The position numbers and the translations under genes are program-made. DNA of 64,000 nucleotides from Geopsychrobacteraceae bacterium (GTDB lineage: Bacteria > Desulfobacterota > Desulfuromonadia > Desulfuromonadales > Geopsychrobacteraceae). The stretch lies in the NCBI GenBank assembly GCA_963676795.2, contig CAXXTB010000002.1, forward strand, positions 800,001 through 864,000, written 5' to 3'. Below are positions 34,514-44,847 of the stretch, one piece after another; the first letter of the stretch is position 1; each line of letters starts with the position of its first letter. The notes under the pieces were generated by a model. That model was not told the origin of the DNA. It was given only the letters and a program-made list of their open reading frames with translations, and searched no databases.

Positions 34514-36636
34514 TCCTGCCCCCGATCTGTCAGGCGCTGCAGCTGTTTTTCGACCAGTTCCGTCTCGCCCTTGTCGCGACCATTCTGCAGGGAATGCAGA
34601 AGCGGCAGGACACTGCGTCTGGGATAGCTCCCCAGTGAGCGGATGATTTCCTGCTGAAAGTTTTTTTCCCGGCGCCGGCGAAGCAGTTTTTTCTGTAGCA
34701 ACCTGGCGAGGACCGGGACGGTCTGCGGTTTCCCGATCGTGCTCAGGGACTCGAGGGTCTTTCTGCGGATCAGCAGGTCCGGGTCGCGGCTGTGGTCGAT
34801 CTGCAGCAGCAGGTGCAGTTGGGCCAGAACTTTGTCGTCATGGCTCAGGTTGGCGATTTCGACGGCCGCGGAGATCGATTCCCGGTCGCCCCCTGACAGA
34901 TCCTTGAGCAGTTGCCGGTTGGCCATCATCGGGTCGTAGCGAAAGATGATGCGCAGCGCTTCCTGGCGGACCTTGGGGTGCTCATGGGTAGCGAGGAGGC
35001 GGATCTCTTTGAACGGAATGGCTTCCTTGTCGAGCTTTGACAGGATCAGAAGCACGTTGCGGACCAGGTACCAGCGCTGATCCTTCAAGGCCTGGGTCAG
35101 CAACTGGGCCGCTTTCCTGCCGAGCCCCTCCAGCAGGTGCACCCATACCCTGCGTTTGGAGAGCTGCTTTTCAACCCCGAGCCGGTCGATGAGCAGTTCG
35201 GCATAGGGTTCACCAACCTCGTAGACGTAGGCACTGATCTCTTCCCCTTTTTCCGTTCCCCAGATTTCGACATGATCAAGGACGTCGGACATGAAGAGTT
35301 CACTGGTCTGCAGGGCCAGAACGGTCTCATCCAGAAAACGGGCATTGGCTTTGCCGCTGTAGAGATATGCGGACCAGTTGACAAAGATTTCACGCAGCGT
35401 CGTGAAGTCTCCCGTGTCCAGGTAGAATCTGGCCATTTCCGTCAGGTTGTGCTGCAGGCTTTTTTCCGCCTCGGCATCGACACCGTTATGGAGCATGTTG
35501 AAGATGATGTTGACGCATTGATTTTCAATCGACCCCGTCTTCAGGCTGTTTCTCAGCTTCAGCGCAGTATGTTCGGGCAGGGACCCTTTGAGCTGCTGGT
35601 TGAGGATATTCTTCAGGGTGGTTTGGTAAGCATCGGGAACAAACTGGCTGTGGCTGTCTTCGAGCAGGAGAATGTTGATCTGCGCATTCAGAACATCAGG
35701 GTCGATTTTTTCGATGTCCAGCGCACCAGCTATGGTGAATTTGTCGTCGTTGTCGGCAAAGCCCTCGAGTAGGTCAACGAGCCTGGCTGAGATGGTCTCT
35801 TTGTTTCGCGATTGGCTGTGGATCGCGGTTTTCAGTAGATGCTGGGGGAACGAATTAAGGAACTGCGAAGCCAGGTCGGGGTGGCCGGACAGGGCATTGA
35901 GGATGCTGTCGGTGAATCTTTCCTGAATCTGTGGATGCAGTTGCTCGACGACTTCGGCAACCTGAAGAGGAACATCCGCTTCTTCCCGCGGTTCAGACGC
36001 AAATCTGGATATCAGGTTACTGATCAGCGGATCCAGGTTGTCCGTGTGACATTTCCCCTGGTTGATGGCTTTGGCGATCTCGGCACTTTCAATGGTGTCA
36101 GACAGGCTATGCTTGTCATTGAGCAGTTCCGTGATGAAATCGTTCCAGGGGGAAGCGCTGGTGGGGCCGTCGTCGGCCTGAAAGGCTGCAAAGTCGACCA
36201 GAACGATCTGAATCTGGTGAATACCCCGTTTCTGGAGCTGGTTGGGCAGCTCCTGATTGATGTCAGCAGTGCTGTGCTCTGCAGCGAGGAGCTGATAAAA
36301 ACCGAGCAGTTCCTTGGCGGAGAGGTTCCGGTAAAAGCGGATCGAGGCGATTCGGTATGCAGACAGAAATTGGGCGAAGTCGCGGATCGCGCGGTTGCTG
36401 GCGTCCAGCCACTGTCCTTCAAAAAGAATATTGTCGGGCGCGATGCCGAGGAGGATGTCTTGCCTGGACTGGCAGGTCTGGACCAGGGCACGCAGAACCG
36501 CGGCGCAGCTCTGGGTCAGTTGCGGGTGCCCTGATGGATACAATTTCAGCTGGCGCTGAAAAATATTGAGATCCTGGATGAAGCCGGACAGCTGGCGGCT
36601 ATTGTTTGCCGTTGCAGTTCCGGATTCTCCTGACAT
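34510..36636 (-). CDS. HEAT-repeat protein (copy 2)
   Basis: N-terminal LYPSGHPQL; C-terminal WYLVRNVLLIL and HEHPKVRQEAL repeats; ATGA overlap with the HD-GYP gene. Confidence 0.8.
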   Translation of the reverse strand: MSGESGTATANNSRQLSGFIQDLNIFQRQLKLYPSGHPQLTQSCAAVLRALVQTCQSRQDILLGIAPDNILFEGQWLDASNRAIRDFAQFLSAYRIASIRFYRNLSAKELLGFYQLLAAEHSTADINQELPNQLQKRGIHQIQIVLVDFAAFQADDGPTSASPWNDFITELLNDKHSLSDTIESAEIAKAINQGKCHTDNLDPLISNLISRFASEPREEADVPLQVAEVVEQLHPQIQERFTDSILNALSGHPDLASQFLNSFPQHLLKTAIHSQSRNKETISARLVDLLEGFADNDDKFTIAGALDIEKIDPDVLNAQINILLLEDSHSQFVPDAYQTTLKNILNQQLKGSLPEHTALKLRNSLKTGSIENQCVNIIFNMLHNGVDAEAEKSLQHNLTEMARFYLDTGDFTTLREIFVNWSAYLYSGKANARFLDETVLALQTSELFMSDVLDHVEIWGTEKGEEISAYVYEVGEPYAELLIDRLGVEKQLSKRRVWVHLLEGLGRKAAQLLTQALKDQRWYLVRNVLLILSKLDKEAIPFKEIRLLATHEHPKVRQEALRIIFRYDPMMANRQLLKDLSGGDRESISAAVEIANLSHDDKVLAQLHLLLQIDHSRDPDLLIRRKTLESLSTIGKPQTVPVLARLLQKKLLRRRREKNFQQEIIRSLGSYPRRSVLPLLHSLQNGRDKGETELVEKQLQRLTDRGQE

Positions 36637-36735
36637 TAACACCTTGGTTCCTCCCCCTGTATGCCTTTTTCTCAATAAATCTTAATTTTCTGAGGATAAT
36701 CCTTTTTGTCATTTTTTAGAAGGGGTTCATTGAGC

Positions 36736-37878
36736 TTAGGTTGATTTTTTTGTCAGGTCCCGGTCGAGTTCGCTGATCGTGCCGAGAAAATTGTAGGTCA
36801 GCTGCGGATGCAGCTTGTTACCCGCAAGGTTGAGCATGATCGAAATGATCTGGTTCAGATCCAGCGACTCTTCGTAGGCGCGATGGGTGCGCATAGCGTC
36901 GTAGGTGTCCGATATGGCCGTCAGGTAGGAACTTAAGTGCTGCAGCCAGGGTCTGGAGGTTTGCGGGTAGCCGGCATTGTCAAAGCGCATGTGATGCTCG
37001 TAGGCGGTTATGACGGCGAGTCTGGGCACGCCCGGGCAGCCGGTCAGATATTCAGCGCCGAGGCGCGGGTGCTGTTGCATGATCTCCCATTCGGCCGCGG
37101 TCAGGGCTTTACTTTTGGTCAGGATCTCTGGCGGAATGAACATTTTTCCGACATCGTGGAGCATTGCCGCGATACCGATGTCGTTGAGCAGTTGCCCCTC
37201 GATACCGAGCATCCTGGCCTGCGCGAGGTTGAGCATACAGATATTGGTTGAGTGGGTATAGGTATACTCGTCCATGCTGCGCAACGGCGCTATCGCCATC
37301 AGGACATCGTTCTGCGAGTCGAAGGCACTGATAAACCCGGAAACGATTTCAGCGACACCACCGATGTTGAGGGGCTTGTTTTTTCTGATCGTCTGGTAGA
37401 GGTCCATGATGCTGTCGGCCTCAGACTCGGCAATCCAGGCCAGTGGGGATGCTGCTGCGCCCGATTTTTCCCCCTTGAGGCGGACCTCAATCTTGCCATA
37501 GCAGATGTGTTCGGTGTTGGTCGGCTGGTGCGCAGTGCTCGGGCTTTTGCTGAGCAGCAGGGCGAGGCCGAGCAGTTCGTCGGCGTAGATGCCGTCCTTG
37601 ATCTGTAGATGGGAGACGCCGCAGCGATTCATGGCGCTGACGAGGCGTTTGACGGCGTTGCTCTGCTCGACGGGCTGATTATCGAAAATCAGTCGGCTGT
37701 CGATCACCTTCAGAACAATCTCGTTATGCTTTTTGATCAGGTCATGGGCGATCTGCAATGCCTGGTTGTTGAGGCGCAGCACCTGCCGATGATTGGCGTG
37801 ATAGAGCGATGCATTGGCGGCTGCCGTGGTCAACAGGCGTAAAAAAGTCTGAAGTTGCTCCTGTCTGGTGCCGCTCAT
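36736..37878 (-). CDS. HD-GYP phosphodiesterase (copy 1)
   Basis: DEYTYTHSTN, LHDVGK, EHHMRFDNAGYP and DTYDAMRTHRAY. Confidence 0.9.
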   Translation of the reverse strand: MSGTRQEQLQTFLRLLTTAAANASLYHANHRQVLRLNNQALQIAHDLIKKHNEIVLKVIDSRLIFDNQPVEQSNAVKRLVSAMNRCGVSHLQIKDGIYADELLGLALLLSKSPSTAHQPTNTEHICYGKIEVRLKGEKSGAAASPLAWIAESEADSIMDLYQTIRKNKPLNIGGVAEIVSGFISAFDSQNDVLMAIAPLRSMDEYTYTHSTNICMLNLAQARMLGIEGQLLNDIGIAAMLHDVGKMFIPPEILTKSKALTAAEWEIMQQHPRLGAEYLTGCPGVPRLAVITAYEHHMRFDNAGYPQTSRPWLQHLSSYLTAISDTYDAMRTHRAYEESLDLNQIISIMLNLAGNKLHPQLTYNFLGTISELDRDLTKKST

Positions 37879-40022
37879 TGGTTCGCTCTCCGTTTTTCCT
37901 GCACCTCTCTGGCGGCATTTTTGTAGGGTCCTCTGACCATTTCGTCGAGCAGTTTGTCGGCACCAGAACCGGGAAATGTCAGCAGTGCGTTGAGGATCTG
38001 CTGCTGCAGGGATTTCAGGTAGCGGGACCTGAAAAGCTTCGGTCCGCTCAGCAGCAGGCGGCGGAAGATTGTCAGGGTCTCCGACCGTCCACAGCGGGTC
38101 AGGGCTGCGATTACGGACTCAACGTAATGCAACTGCTCAGCGGTTTCGATACTCATCTCCAGTTGCCTGTGCAACTGACTGAAGATGCCCGGATCCTGGC
38201 TCAAGGGCACCAGCCCGAGAGCCGCATGCCGTGCACTGAAATCGGCGTTCTGCAGTTCCGCGATCAGATGCCGGTTGGCCGTCGCCGGGTTGCAGCGGAA
38301 CAGATTGCGGATCACCTCGGCCCTGACCCTCTGGTCGGGGTGGTCAGCGTATTTCAGGTTGGCCTTGATGCTCGCCTGGGTCTGCTCTTCGCCCAGGACA
38401 ATCAGCAGGTTGCGCAGCAGATACCAGGGTTCGGGCTTAAGCGCCTGGATCACCTTCTGCTGCACGTCCCCGTCAATCTGTTTGAGCAGGCCCATCCAGA
38501 GCATGCGCTCCTTCTGCTCTGTCGCTTTGGAAAGGCGGTCGATGATCGGGTCGCAGTAGGGCTCGCCGACGAACAGAATATAGTTGCTGATCTGCTCCCA
38601 CTTCTGCTCTTCCCAGAGTTCGAAGCTGTCGAGAATGTCGTTCATAAAACTGGACTGGGTGTGGCCGGCGATCAGTTGTTCATCGAGAATGCTGGTCTGG
38701 GCGTGGCTGCTGTACAGGTAGTTGTGCCAGTTTCTGAAGACCGCCCGCAGGCTTATGAAGTCGCCGGTATCGGCGAAAAAACGGGAGAGCTCCATGAGAC
38801 TCTGCTGGATGTGCGATTCCTGCTCCTTGTCGAGCGGGGAGAGCAGCAGCTCGAAAATGACTGCCGCGAAATGGTGTTCGATCGACTGCTCCTCCATGTC
38901 CTGTTTCAGTTGCAGCTTTTCCGCTTCGGACATGTGGCCATGGAGGTCGCCGGAGAGCATGGTGTTGAGGGCCTGCTGATAGCTGTCCGGGAGAAAAAGA
39001 TCTTCCTGTTCTTCGCTGAACAGGGTCTCCAGCCGGGCTTTGACCACGCTTGATTCCATGCGTGGCGCGTTGAGGCGGATCCTGTTTTTCTGATCGGTTT
39101 CCGAGGCGGCCAGGACCCCGACCAGCCCGAGCAGGCGCTGGGAGATCTGCAGTTGCGAAGCCTGACTGGTGGTAAAGCCGTTGCGCAGCAGCTGGGGGGA
39201 TATTTTTTTCAGGGCGTTTTCCGCCCGGTCCTGATGGCGGTCGATCACCCTGAGGGTGTTTTCCAGGAAGGCCTGCCGGGCTCCCGGATCAAGCTTGAGC
39301 AGCAGGTCGTTGAAGACCTGGTCCGCTTCCGTTGCCGGAGCGGCGATCAGCTGTTTTTCAACGTAGTTGGACAGCGATTGCTGGCACTGCTCACGATCAT
39401 CCCGGGTCCCTTTGAACCTGCTGTTGATGATGTCGGCAATGACCGACAGGTTGCTGGAAATTTCTGTAGACCCCAGGTCGAGAATACCCTGCTGCATGCC
39501 ATAGATGAAATTTTCCCAGAGCCGCTGTTCTTGTTCCGGGGTGCCGCTGCCTGACCGAAAAGCGCTGTAGTCGATGGCGATGATCTGAATATGGCGGATC
39601 TGCTGCTGTGCAATCAGCTGGGCAAATCCGCCGGCATTTTCAATGCTGGTCCGGTCCGAGCAGAGCATTTTGCAGAAACTGAGCAGCTCTGGCTCAGTCA
39701 GTCCTTTTATGAAGCTGATGGTCGCAATGCCCAGCTCGGCAAAGAACGTGGCGAAGTCTCTGTTGGCGGGGTCATTTTTGTCGAGCCAGGTCTGTTCGAA
39801 GAGGATTCCGCTCGGCGAGATCCCCAGGGTGAGCTGTGGAAAGTTTTCCATGATCAGCTCGAGTAATGACATGGCTTTTGCGATGCTCGCCGCGATCTGG
39901 GGATGCTCATCCGGATAGAGGGCGAGGTTGCGCTGCGCTGTTTTCAGTTCCTGCAGAAAAACAGTCAGCAGGGGGCGGTCCTGCCCTCTGGCGCTTTTGC
40001 TTGGTGCGGCGGTCCGATTCAA
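37875..40022 (-). CDS. HEAT-repeat protein (copy 1)
   Basis: N-terminal LYPDEHPQI; WYLLRNLLIVLG and HPDQRVRAEVI repeats; TTG start with GAGGT SD. Confidence 0.8.
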   Translation of the reverse strand: MNRTAAPSKSARGQDRPLLTVFLQELKTAQRNLALYPDEHPQIAASIAKAMSLLELIMENFPQLTLGISPSGILFEQTWLDKNDPANRDFATFFAELGIATISFIKGLTEPELLSFCKMLCSDRTSIENAGGFAQLIAQQQIRHIQIIAIDYSAFRSGSGTPEQEQRLWENFIYGMQQGILDLGSTEISSNLSVIADIINSRFKGTRDDREQCQQSLSNYVEKQLIAAPATEADQVFNDLLLKLDPGARQAFLENTLRVIDRHQDRAENALKKISPQLLRNGFTTSQASQLQISQRLLGLVGVLAASETDQKNRIRLNAPRMESSVVKARLETLFSEEQEDLFLPDSYQQALNTMLSGDLHGHMSEAEKLQLKQDMEEQSIEHHFAAVIFELLLSPLDKEQESHIQQSLMELSRFFADTGDFISLRAVFRNWHNYLYSSHAQTSILDEQLIAGHTQSSFMNDILDSFELWEEQKWEQISNYILFVGEPYCDPIIDRLSKATEQKERMLWMGLLKQIDGDVQQKVIQALKPEPWYLLRNLLIVLGEEQTQASIKANLKYADHPDQRVRAEVIRNLFRCNPATANRHLIAELQNADFSARHAALGLVPLSQDPGIFSQLHRQLEMSIETAEQLHYVESVIAALTRCGRSETLTIFRRLLLSGPKLFRSRYLKSLQQQILNALLTFPGSGADKLLDEMVRGPYKNAAREVQEKRRANQ

Positions 40023-40184
40023 GAAATACCTCTGTAAAAATAATTATTTCAATTAGGTTGAAAGTATAGCATTTATTCTTTCCCGGGTTAATCAAGAAAG
40101 GCATTTGTCGGGGCTATTGCTTTTCTGCGCCATTGCGTGCTAGATTTCCGCCGATATGAACACTCATTATTTGATGATTGGCTT

Positions 40185-41150
40185 ATGAGCCCGCAAACGC
40201 ATTTTGACGTTGGTGATGCGGACCTGGCCCAGCAACTCTTTGGCCGGCAGAATAAGCATCTTAAGCAGATAGAAAAGAAACTCGGCATCCGGATCGGCAG
40301 CCAGGGGACGGTCATTCATCTCTCTGGTGACGAGGCCCAGGTCGGAGTTGCCAGGCGTCTGCTTGAAGAGCTGCGTGCCCTGCTGTGCGAGGGGATGCCG
40401 CTCTACCCGGCCGATGTCGATTACGCCATTCGTATCCTCTCCGCAGATTCTTCCGCGTCCCTGAAAGAGATCTTCTTCGATACCGTCTTTGTTTCGGCCC
40501 GCAACAAGATGATTGCACCGAAAAGTATCGCCCAGAAGAGCTATGTCGACAATATCCGCAACAACCATGTTGTCTTCGGTGTCGGCCCGGCAGGAACCGG
40601 CAAGACCTATCTGGCCATGGCGATGGGCGTGGCCTCCCTGCTGCGTAAGGAAGTCAGTCGTATTATGCTCGTCCGGCCTGCCGTCGAAGCCGGCGAAAAG
40701 CTTGGTTTTCTGCCTGGCGATCTGGCCGAGAAGGTCAATCCTTACCTGCGTCCACTCTATGATGCCCTCTATGACATGCTCGATTTCGACAAGGCCCGGG
40801 AACTGGTTGAGACCGGTATTGTCGAGGTTGCCCCGCTGGCCTTTATGCGCGGCCGGACACTGAATGACGCCTTCGTTATTCTTGACGAAGCGCAGAATAC
40901 CACTGCAGAACAGATGAAGATGTTTCTCACCCGCCTCGGCTTTGGCAGCCGGGCCGTGATTACCGGGGATGTGACCCAGGTCGATCTTCCGCGTGGCCAG
41001 CAATCAGGGCTACTCCATGCGATGGAAGTGCTGGTCGGCGTGCGCGGGATTGAGTTCACCTATTTCAGCGATCGGGATGTTGTTCGTCATCCGATCGTTC
41101 AGGCGATTGTTCAGGCCTACCAGAGAGCTGAAAAGCGCGAGGACTTCTGA
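40185..41150 (+). CDS. phoH: PhoH-family ATPase (YbeZ-like)
   Basis: GPAGTGKTYLA, RPAVEAGEKLGFLPGD, MRGRTLN and DEAQN. Confidence 0.93.
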   Translation: MSPQTHFDVGDADLAQQLFGRQNKHLKQIEKKLGIRIGSQGTVIHLSGDEAQVGVARRLLEELRALLCEGMPLYPADVDYAIRILSADSSASLKEIFFDTVFVSARNKMIAPKSIAQKSYVDNIRNNHVVFGVGPAGTGKTYLAMAMGVASLLRKEVSRIMLVRPAVEAGEKLGFLPGDLAEKVNPYLRPLYDALYDMLDFDKARELVETGIVEVAPLAFMRGRTLNDAFVILDEAQNTTAEQMKMFLTRLGFGSRAVITGDVTQVDLPRGQQSGLLHAMEVLVGVRGIEFTYFSDRDVVRHPIVQAIVQAYQRAEKREDF

Positions 41151-41192
41151 TCCGGGTTCTGGTGGGGGCGGCCTTCATCTTTTTGAGGAACT

Positions 41193-43604
41193 ATGACAAA
41201 AGACGAGAAACTGAAAGCCCTGCAGAGGCGAAGCGCTTTTTTCAGCGATGGTGTTCAGGGGTTGCGCAACCGCAAGGGGGCCAACCTGGGAGGCTGGCTG
41301 CTGCTGATTGTTTCAGTTCTGTTGACCTTTATCATCATACCGAAGGGGGGCTTGATCCCGGATCACTATGCCCCCGGTGATGTTGCGTCCCGCAATATCA
41401 AATCGCCCCGTGATTTGCTGGTCGAAGATCTGCCCTTGACCCAAGCCAAGCAGCTTGAGGCCGCCAACACGGTTGCACTGGTCTACCGCTTTGACCTAGC
41501 CAGCGGAAGCCAGACGGTCGAACGTCTGGACCGTGGGCTGCGCGGCCTGTGGAATTATCAGCTCAGCAGCAGGGGCCTGCAGGGGCAGGATGTTATCCCC
41601 CAGCTGGAGACCGATCTTGGCATACCGCTGACCAGTGAGGAGTTTCTGCCGCTACTGAAACTGCCCCTCTCCGAGACGTTGATCAACCAGATCCGGCGCT
41701 CCCTTGAAACTGTATTTCTGCGACCGATTGTTGCCAATCAGCAGATCTATCAGGTTGATCAGGACAAGGGGCTGGTCGTTCTCGACCGGGCGAGCGGCGA
41801 GCCACTCGAGCTGAATATTGCCGACCGGGTGATCGGCCTCAACCAGGCCCTTGGCGAAGTTCTGGCTCAATTGGGCCAGTTGCAGGGACTTGCGGATGGC
41901 CAGCGACAGGTCCTGGCGCGCCTCATCCAGCAACTGCTGCGTCCCAGCCTGGTCTTTGATCAGGATGAAACCGAAGCGAGACGCCAGCTGGCCCGCGAGC
42001 AGGTAGCGCCAGTGCTGTTTCAGATCAAGAAAGGCGAGATGATCGTGCGTGAAGGAGAGCGCATCTCCGCCGACCAGATTCTCAAGCTCAAGGCTATTCG
42101 TAATTCCGGCCTCGATAACCGCAACCTGCAGACGGCGGCAGGGCTGTTGATCTGTATTCTGCTGCTGATCTATGTCGGTTATCATTTTGCCAATGGTAAC
42201 ATCAGTAAGTTCCGTCCTGATCAGCGCGATCTGCTGTTTCTGTCGAGCGTTTTTCTGGTTTATTTCGTTCTGGTCAAGCTTTCGATCCTGATCGTCTCCG
42301 CTATCGGCAACAGTTTTACCTACATCGATTCAACGGCCTACCTCTATGCGGTTCCTTTTGCGCTGGGCGCCATGCTGGTGCGTATCGTGCTCAATTCCGA
42401 GACCGCGTTCATCTTTTCCGTCGGCTGTGCCGTGCTGGTCGGTATTATCATGGGCAACAGCCTGCTGATGGCCCTGTTTGTCATGGTCGGCAGTCTGGTC
42501 GGGGCGCACGGCGTTCGCCACTGTCAGCAACGGACCCGCCTTTATCGGGCCGGGCTGTGGATCGGCCTGACCAACGTCGCCCTGCTGCTGGGCATGCATT
42601 TCCTGTCCGGGCGGATTTTCGAGCTGCAGCTGTTATGGAAGCTCGGGCTCGGTTTCTTCGGCGGTATTGCCAGTGCGGTTGTCGTCAATGGCACGGTCCC
42701 GCTGGTCGAGTCCTTCTTCAAGTATACGACCGATATCAAGCTGCTCGAACTGGCCAATATGAACTCACCGGTGCTGCGCCAGCTGATGATCGAGGCTCCC
42801 GGGACCTATCACCATTCGATTCTGGTCGGCAATCTGGCCGAAGCGGGGGCCGAGGCGATACGCGCCAACCCGCTTCTGGCAAGGGTCGCGGCCTATTATC
42901 ACGATATCGGCAAGATCAAGAAGCCGCTCTATTTTATCGAGAACTCAGGCGGCCAGCGTAACAAGCATGACAAGCTGGCCCCGTCGATGAGTGCCCTGAT
43001 CCTGACCTCGCACGTTAAGGACGGCGTAGAGCTGGCCCGTGAGCACAAGCTGGGATCGGAGCTGATGGATATCATCCAGCAGCATCACGGCACCTCGCTG
43101 ATCAAGTTTTTTTATGACCGCGCCAAGAATCTCTCTGACCCGGAGGTTCAGCAGGTTGACGAGCGTGATTACCGTTATCATGGGCCCAAGCCCCAGACCC
43201 GGGAAGCTGCGCTGATCATGCTGGCCGACGCGATCGAGGCCGCCAGCCGGACGCTGACCGATCCGACCCCGGCCCGCATTCAGGGGATGGTGCAGAAACT
43301 GATCAACAATATCTTTATTGACGGCCAGCTCGATGAGTGTGATCTTACCCTGAAGGACCTGAACCTCATCGCCAGGAGCTTCAACCGGGTGCTGTCGAGT
43401 TCGTTCCACCACCGCGTCGATTATCCCGAGCCCGTACATATTGTCAAGGACAAGGCCGAGTCTGAGGACAAAGCGGCCAGCAAAGAGAAAGTGAAACAGA
43501 AAAATGCGAATTCAGATCGACAACCGACAGAACAGGCAACGGATTCTGAAGCGTCCCCTGCGCAAAATAGCCCAGAAGATCTTAGACGTCTCGGGATATC
43601 CTAA
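41193..43604 (+). CDS. 7TM-HD (HDIG) membrane phosphohydrolase, PgpH-like
   Basis: Extracytoplasmic domain, seven TM segments, APGTYHHS, YYHDIGK, QHHGT and MLADAIEAASR. Confidence 0.9.
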   Translation: MTKDEKLKALQRRSAFFSDGVQGLRNRKGANLGGWLLLIVSVLLTFIIIPKGGLIPDHYAPGDVASRNIKSPRDLLVEDLPLTQAKQLEAANTVALVYRFDLASGSQTVERLDRGLRGLWNYQLSSRGLQGQDVIPQLETDLGIPLTSEEFLPLLKLPLSETLINQIRRSLETVFLRPIVANQQIYQVDQDKGLVVLDRASGEPLELNIADRVIGLNQALGEVLAQLGQLQGLADGQRQVLARLIQQLLRPSLVFDQDETEARRQLAREQVAPVLFQIKKGEMIVREGERISADQILKLKAIRNSGLDNRNLQTAAGLLICILLLIYVGYHFANGNISKFRPDQRDLLFLSSVFLVYFVLVKLSILIVSAIGNSFTYIDSTAYLYAVPFALGAMLVRIVLNSETAFIFSVGCAVLVGIIMGNSLLMALFVMVGSLVGAHGVRHCQQRTRLYRAGLWIGLTNVALLLGMHFLSGRIFELQLLWKLGLGFFGGIASAVVVNGTVPLVESFFKYTTDIKLLELANMNSPVLRQLMIEAPGTYHHSILVGNLAEAGAEAIRANPLLARVAAYYHDIGKIKKPLYFIENSGGQRNKHDKLAPSMSALILTSHVKDGVELAREHKLGSELMDIIQQHHGTSLIKFFYDRAKNLSDPEVQQVDERDYRYHGPKPQTREAALIMLADAIEAASRTLTDPTPARIQGMVQKLINNIFIDGQLDECDLTLKDLNLIARSFNRVLSSSFHHRVDYPEPVHIVKDKAESEDKAASKEKVKQKNANSDRQPTEQATDSEASPAQNSPEDLRRLGIS

Positions 43605-43962
43605 GGGTGAACTGTCGATTGTTCTGCTCGACAACGCCGGGATTCAGGAGGTCAACCGTGACTACCTGGGGCGCGACTGGCCGACCAATGTCATTTCGTT
43701 TTCGATGCTCGAAGGCGAAGGGGCAGGCATTCAGCCCAATCTGCTCGGCGATGTGATTATCTCGACCGAGCGCACAGCCAGCGATGCTGCAGAGGCCGGA
43801 ATCCCTTTTGAACATGAACTCTGGTTCTTGCTGCTGCATGGCATTCTCCATCTGATCGGTTATGATCATGAGCGTGGCAGCGAAATGGATGCCGCGCAGA
43901 TGGAAGCCAGGGAAAAAGAAATCTTTTCCATACTTGTTAACGAATTTTCTATTCCCGCTTAG
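43504..43962 (+). CDS. ybeY: rRNA maturation endoribonuclease
   Basis: PTNVISF, LGDVII and HGILHLIGYDH. Confidence 0.93.
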   Translation: MRIQIDNRQNRQRILKRPLRKIAQKILDVSGYPKGELSIVLLDNAGIQEVNRDYLGRDWPTNVISFSMLEGEGAGIQPNLLGDVIISTERTASDAAEAGIPFEHELWFLLLHGILHLIGYDHERGSEMDAAQMEAREKEIFSILVNEFSIPA

Positions 43963-43986
43963 ACAACAAAGGAGCTCGAAGATCAG

Positions 43987-44847
43987 GTGGATAGTGACAA
44001 TGCGCAAGATTCTGACAGTTGGTTAAAACGTCTGACCGATAAACTGGCCCTGCGTCCCAAGGCCAGCACTGAAGAAGATCTGCATGAAATGATCGATGCC
44101 TCGGAACAGCAGGGGATCATCGATGAAGAAGAAGGGGAGATGCTTCAGTCGATTCTGGAGCTGGATGAAACAATCCTGCGGGAGATCATGGTGCCGCGGA
44201 CCGATATGGTCTGTGTTGACTGTGACGGCCCTCTTAATGCTGTGCTGAAAGCCATTCTCAAAACCGGGCATTCCCGGATTCCCGTCTATCGTGGCAATAT
44301 CGATAATATTATCGGCCTGGTCTACGCCAAGGATCTGCTCCGTTACTGGGGGCGTGAGATCGACAAGATCGCTCTTGGTGAAGTGTTGCGCCCTCCTTAT
44401 CTGGTTCCAGAGTCGAAAACGGTCAGCGACATGCTCAAGGAATTTCGGGAGACCCGCGTCCATATCGCCATCGTTATCGATGAATATGGCGGGACCTCCG
44501 GATTGGTGACGATCGAGGACCTGCTGGAGGAGATTGTGGGGGATATCCAGGATGAGTACGATCGGGAAGATGAGTGGCTGATTGAAGAGCCGGACGGGAC
44601 ATTGCTGGTCGATGCCCGCCTGAATATCGAAGAATTTGAAGAGTATTATGAGGTTGAGGTGCCGCGCGAAAAATTTGATACGATCGGCGGCTACATTGTC
44701 GAACATTGTGGCCGGGTCCCGGCCGTCGGTGAGCGGATCAAAGTCGAGAATTTCGAGATGCTGATCGAGCAGGGAAACCAGCGGGTCATCCGTCAGGTAC
44801 GCATCTTCCCACAACAGGTCGCTGAGGCGGAAGGAAGCGATTCTTGA
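43987..44847 (+). CDS. corC: CorC/HlyC-family CBS-domain protein
   Basis: REIMVPRTDM, HSRIPVY and DEYGGTSGLVTIEDLLEEIVGDIQDEYD. Confidence 0.88.
   Translation: MDSDNAQDSDSWLKRLTDKLALRPKASTEEDLHEMIDASEQQGIIDEEEGEMLQSILELDETILREIMVPRTDMVCVDCDGPLNAVLKAILKTGHSRIPVYRGNIDNIIGLVYAKDLLRYWGREIDKIALGEVLRPPYLVPESKTVSDMLKEFRETRVHIAIVIDEYGGTSGLVTIEDLLEEIVGDIQDEYDREDEWLIEEPDGTLLVDARLNIEEFEEYYEVEVPREKFDTIGGYIVEHCGRVPAVGERIKVENFEMLIEQGNQRVIRQVRIFPQQVAEAEGSDS

Noticed and set aside
37809..39053. 414-aa plus-strand ORF
   Set aside because: Antisense to the HEAT-repeat gene, which has a paralogue and operon coupling.
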